DNA of 64,000 nt from contig DASWVC010000054.1 in NCBI GenBank assembly GCA_036401335.1, positions 411 to 64,410 on the forward strand. The letters run 5' to 3'. The notes under the pieces are model-generated. The model had not been told where the DNA came from and made no database searches. It worked only from the letters and a program-made list of their open reading frames with translations. The stretch is from Chthoniobacterales bacterium. Lineage in GTDB: Bacteria; Verrucomicrobiota; Verrucomicrobiia; Chthoniobacterales; JAFAMB01. The position numbers and the translations under genes are program-made. This document shows positions 60,378 through 64,000 of the stretch, one piece after another; position 1 is the first letter of the stretch; each line of letters starts with the position of its first letter.

Positions 60378-61325
60378 CGGCATTCTTGAACCGCCAGCGG
60401 CGATGATGACGCCGATGATGACGAACCCGGTGACCACGAAGCGAATGCCCGCACTTACCCCGAACGTATTTAGCATGGTCAGCAGAAGCACCAGGAACAG
60501 CGCTGCTCCCCACAACCCGGCGACGTTTGCGTTCCCGCCGCTGACCGACGTCCCTCCAATCACCACCAATGCGATGGATGCAAGCAGGTATTCGTCACCG
60601 ATCTCCAACGACGAGCCTCGAAAATACCCGGCCAGCAGCGCTCCGCAAATTCCGCCGAGAGCACCGCTCAGCACGTAGGTGATGCACCGGGTGCGTTCGA
60701 CGGCGATGCCCGCGAGCCAGGCGGCCCGGGGATTCTGCCCGATGGCCAGGACCGAGCGGCCGTAGATCGTCCGGTGCAGGACAATCCCGCCCGCGATCGT
60801 GAACAGGAGGGTGCCCATGGCCAGCAGGGGGATGCCGGCAAATTGCGCACTGGTGAACGCGGCAAACCCTGGCGGCGGCTTGACCTGGAGGCCGCGGCCG
60901 TAAGCAATGCCCGCGGATTGGATGATGAAGCTGGCTGAAAGGGTAGCGATAATCGGCGGGATGCGCAGGAGACGGATGAACAGGTAATTGGCCAGGCCAA
61001 TGCCGGTGCCGGAGGCGAGCGCCGCCAGGAGGCCAACGGCAACCATCGCGTCGGCGCCGCCCATTACTTTCATGGCTACGGCGCTCGCCAACCCAATGTT
61101 GGCCGGCAGTGACAGATCGACATTACCGGGTCCCAATGTAATCACGAACATTTGGGCAACGCCGGTGATGACGGAAAAAACAGCGAGTGCAAGCCCCGCC
61201 GTCAACATGCCCCCTGCCCCATGGCCACGCGTGAAGACGATCGCGGCCAGCCAGACGGACAATGCCCCCAGGTAGGACCAGATCCATGGCCGCGCCACCG
61301 GACGGAGCCCGCCGGTTAACTTCAC
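60372..61325 (-). CDS. sugar ABC transporter permease (RbsC/AraH-like)
   Basis: 317 aa, about 9-10 TM helices. Gly/Ala-rich helices and layout are typical of ribose-type permeases. 4-nt overlap with the upstream permease. Confidence 0.75.
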   Translation of the reverse strand: MKLTGGLRPVARPWIWSYLGALSVWLAAIVFTRGHGAGGMLTAGLALAVFSVITGVAQMFVITLGPGNVDLSLPANIGLASAVAMKVMGGADAMVAVGLLAALASGTGIGLANYLFIRLLRIPPIIATLSASFIIQSAGIAYGRGLQVKPPPGFAAFTSAQFAGIPLLAMGTLLFTIAGGIVLHRTIYGRSVLAIGQNPRAAWLAGIAVERTRCITYVLSGALGGICGALLAGYFRGSSLEIGDEYLLASIALVVIGGTSVSGGNANVAGLWGAALFLVLLLTMLNTFGVSAGIRFVVTGFVIIGVIIAAGGSRMPR

Positions 61326-62314
61326 GGATCCCTTCCTCCGGTCCGGTTAATGAGCGCGCGGGCAGCCAGCACGACGATCAGGATCGCACCCTGGGCGCCG
61401 ACCTGCCAATCAGGTGAAATGTGCATGAAGTTAAGAAGGGTGCCAGCGAGCGTCAGGGTCAGCGCTCCGACGACCGCCCCGACGGGCGACACACGGCCGC
61501 CGGTAAACTCTCCCCCGCCGAGGATCACGCCGGCAATGGAGAGCAAGGTGTAGCCTTTGCCGATGTTGGCGTCGGCCGATGTGGTCAAACCGATCAGCGC
61601 GAGCCCGGAGAAGACCCCGAACACCCCGGCCAGCGCAAACATAACCATCTTCGTTTTCAGGAGCGACCACCCGGCCCGGCCAATGGCGCCCGAATTGCCT
61701 CCGGACCCGCGCAGGATCGCGCCATAAGAAGTCCGCATCAGGCCGGCGTGAACCGCCGCCGCGATAGCAAGTGCGGCAACGATTGGGAAAGGCACGTAAG
61801 GGGTGTGGTACCCCATCAAACCGTGCAACCAGACGGGCACTTTTCCGCCGGGCTTGGGCAGGACGAGAATGGCCAGTCCCTGCCAGACGAACGACATCCC
61901 GAGCGTGACAACGATGGAGGGAACGTTGCGAAGGTAGGTCACAGCACCAAGCAACGCGTAGACGGCAACCCCGCCAAGAAGAATGGTTCCGCCCAGGACC
62001 GGCGAATCACGCAGGAACGTGGCAGCTACACAAGCGACGAAGCTGACGAAGGTACCAATGGAGAGGTCAAGATCGTTGACGGTGATAACAAACATCTGCG
62101 CGATGGTGGCCAGTGCCACGGGAATGCCCAGATTGAGCATGAGGTTAAGGCCGAAGTAGCTGACCGCGCGCGGGTTGAGGGAAGCGATCCCCACAAGGAC
62201 GAGAACGAGCGACACTCCGGGAAGGGCTGCCCGCAGGAAACGGCGCGGCGCCCGCGCTAGCCTCAACGGGATCGGGCGGGCGTTCGCGGCGGTAGAACCT
62301 GGCGTTGCGGTCAC
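61322..62314 (-). CDS. sugar ABC transporter permease (RbsC/AraH-like), second copy
   Basis: 330 aa polytopic membrane [17 protein letters not shown] block is similar to the ribose-type permease ITGGIDLSVG region. Overlaps the ATPase gene stop. Confidence 0.75.
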   Translation of the reverse strand: MTATPGSTAANARPIPLRLARAPRRFLRAALPGVSLVLVLVGIASLNPRAVSYFGLNLMLNLGIPVALATIAQMFVITVNDLDLSIGTFVSFVACVAATFLRDSPVLGGTILLGGVAVYALLGAVTYLRNVPSIVVTLGMSFVWQGLAILVLPKPGGKVPVWLHGLMGYHTPYVPFPIVAALAIAAAVHAGLMRTSYGAILRGSGGNSGAIGRAGWSLLKTKMVMFALAGVFGVFSGLALIGLTTSADANIGKGYTLLSIAGVILGGGEFTGGRVSPVGAVVGALTLTLAGTLLNFMHISPDWQVGAQGAILIVVLAARALINRTGGRDP

Positions 62315-63783
62315 GCTGACTCCTCGAAAGACGAATGGATGACCCGTTCCTCGCTCAGTTCACCTCGGGGCAGGTCGGCGACGATGCTGCCATTACGGAA
62401 CACGTAGACGTGATCGCAGTTTTCGAGTTCCTCCATCTCGGTCGTGTACCAGAGAAACGTCCGGCCGGCATTGGCCTCGTTGCGGATCAGGCGGTAGACC
62501 TCCCGTTTGGTGCCGACGTCAACCCCGCGCATGGGGTCGTCCATCAGCAGAATTTTGGCTTCACACCCGAGCGCACGGGCGAACAATGCTTTCTGCTGGT
62601 TTCCTCCAGACAGCGATAAGATGTTGTTCCGCAGGTCGGGCGTCCGGATCTGGATGCGCTTTTGCCAGCGTTCGGCCAGCTGGTCTTCTAACTCCGGTGA
62701 CAAAAGAAAGGAACGGCGCAACGCCGGCATTGAGCTGACACCGACGTTCCCGACGATCGACCAGAGCGGGAAAATTCCGTCGCTCTGGCGGTCACCGGCG
62801 ATCAGGGCAACTGGCTCCGTGACCTCGATGCCGGGCATCCGCCGGCTCGCAGCCTTAAAAATGGCGAGCAGGAGGTCGGTCTGACCATGGCCGGACAACC
62901 CTGCAAACCCGACGACCTCGCCTTCGTGCGCGACCAGCTCCAGACCGTCACGCTGCCGCGCCGGACGGGCCCGCACCCGCGGCCGGGTGGTCCGGCGTGT
63001 TGCGGGGGACGGCTCAGCCGCCTGCATTTTACCCGCTGTGGCCCCGCCCATTGCGGTCACCAGGAGTTCACGGTCAAAGCGGGCCGCACAATCGGCCGCG
63101 ACGACCTTGCCGTCGCGCATGACCACGATGCGGTCTGAATAATCGAGGATTTCTCCAAGTAGATGCGAGATCAGGATGCAGCTCACGCCCGTGGCCACGG
63201 TCCGCCGCACATGGGCAAGCAGTTGCCCGGCCGTGTGGCCGTCCAGAGACGAAGTTGGTTCGTCCAGAATGACGAGATGAAGGGGAGACCGGCTGAGGGT
63301 AAAAGCGCGGGCCACTTCCACCATTTGCCGTTTGGCGATCGGCAGGTCGCTCACCACGGCATCGGCTTCAATGCCGTGGCCCGGAAAGATCTCGTCAAGT
63401 TTACCCCCGATAAGCCGGGCGGCCCGCCTTCGCCAGCCCCAGCCCGTGATCGAGGGATGAAGGACCCGCGCATTCTCGGCGACGGTAAGGTTGGGGCACA
63501 AGGAAAGCTCTTGAAAAACGCAGCGGATCCCAAGCTGCTGCGCCATGACCACCCCGTAGCCCCGGCGCGCTTCCCCTGCGACCAAAACCTTGCCGCCATC
63601 CGGGCCAAGCGTCCCTGCCAGGATGTGCATCAACGTGGATTTGCCCGCGCCATTGTGGCCCACGAGTCCCACGCATTCTCCGGCGTGAACCGCGAAGTCA
63701 ACTCCGGCCAATGCGCGCACCGCTCCGAAATGCTTCTCGACGCGGTCCAACCTGACAATTTGTCCAGGTAACTCAGGCATCAC
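62311..63783 (-). CDS. sugar ABC transporter ATP-binding protein with duplicated ATPase domains (RbsA/MglA-like)
   Basis: 490 aa. First domain [10 protein letters not shown], plus [11 protein letters not shown]. Second, degenerate domain [10 protein letters not shown] with LSGGNQQK and [13 protein letters not shown]. Confidence 0.85.
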   Translation of the reverse strand: MMPELPGQIVRLDRVEKHFGAVRALAGVDFAVHAGECVGLVGHNGAGKSTLMHILAGTLGPDGGKVLVAGEARRGYGVVMAQQLGIRCVFQELSLCPNLTVAENARVLHPSITGWGWRRRAARLIGGKLDEIFPGHGIEADAVVSDLPIAKRQMVEVARAFTLSRSPLHLVILDEPTSSLDGHTAGQLLAHVRRTVATGVSCILISHLLGEILDYSDRIVVMRDGKVVAADCAARFDRELLVTAMGGATAGKMQAAEPSPATRRTTRPRVRARPARQRDGLELVAHEGEVVGFAGLSGHGQTDLLLAIFKAASRRMPGIEVTEPVALIAGDRQSDGIFPLWSIVGNVGVSSMPALRRSFLLSPELEDQLAERWQKRIQIRTPDLRNNILSLSGGNQQKALFARALGCEAKILLMDDPMRGVDVGTKREVYRLIRNEANAGRTFLWYTTEMEELENCDHVYVFRNGSIVADLPRGELSEERVIHSSFEESA

Positions 63784-63864
63784 AAAACCCCGGGTGCCCG
63801 TCCCATCTTCGCCACCGCTCTGGCAACCGGCACATGCGGCCAGGCCGCCGCGACAATCCCAACC

Positions 63865-64000
63865 TCACTTTTTCAAGTTGTCGTCAATCGCCTTCTTCGC
63901 ATCCTCAAGCGTGTACTCATGGCTCGCAACCCCGCCGACCGGAATGCCGGGAAGGGCGGCCTCGAAGTCGTCCTGCGTAAACGCCAGGTACGGCACGACC
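63865..64000 (-). CDS. partial CDS (C-terminal 44 codons), probable periplasmic sugar-binding protein of the ABC system
   Basis: My translation of the minus strand: ...VVPYLAFTQDDFEAALPGIPVGGVASHEYTLEDAKKAIDDNLKK-stop (TGA at 63865-63867). The ORF runs off the window edge. Function is inferred mostly from position upstream of the ATPase and permeases. Confidence 0.45.
   Translation of the reverse strand, partial: VVPYLAFTQDDFEAALPGIPVGGVASHEYTLEDAKKAIDDNLKK

Noticed and set aside
60077-60454. ORFs sharing the peptide RGACPQAP (also 33888-34121, 50851-51198), which could be mistaken for a small protein family
   Set aside because: The shared peptide is simply the minus-strand translation of the DNA repeat core. 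The flanking residues are unrelated and the ORFs overlap real genes or intergenic structure.

Overview
GC-rich bacterial chromosomal window. It probably comes from a diderm, possibly a PVC/Verrucomicrobia-like organism; this is a low-confidence inference from a PEP-CTERM protein, a GT9 heptosyltransferase and the style of the intergenic repeats. The backbone is housekeeping: on the minus strand tRNA-Thr, tuf, tRNA-Trp, secE, nusG, rplK, rplA, rplJ, rplL, then a 4.4 kb interruption, then rpoB, rpoC, plus rpsB-tsf. Accessory content includes a complete dlt D-alanylation locus (dltC, an untracked 47-aa dltX, dltA, dltB, convergent dltD). There is also a 1837-aa tandem UvrA-UvrA fusion, an FHA-FHA-ABC exporter convergent with an FHA-adenylate cyclase, and a multi-receiver/Hpt regulator. 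A SAM-I riboswitch sits in front of a threonine-synthase homologue and a MoaD/ThiS-like GG-terminated carrier. The window ends with a sugar ABC transporter. The most interesting locus is a tightly coupled four-gene operon at 51915-60105. It encodes two motif-poor proteins, a 1354-aa SMC/Rad50-like ABC ATPase with about 1170 residues of coiled coil, and a protein with Toprim-like acidic motifs. I read it as a condensin-like anti-plasmid system of the Wadjet/JetABCD (MksBEFG/EptABCD-related) kind. No HMM search could be run. Three dispersed repeat families were found by eye: the GGACAAGCTCCCCTACC element (5 core copies plus 1 partial), an AT-rich inverted-repeat element built of 9-bp TGTATCAAT units (2 loci), and a nested ATGCCACA inverted repeat. 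No CRISPR array, integrase or transposase was seen.
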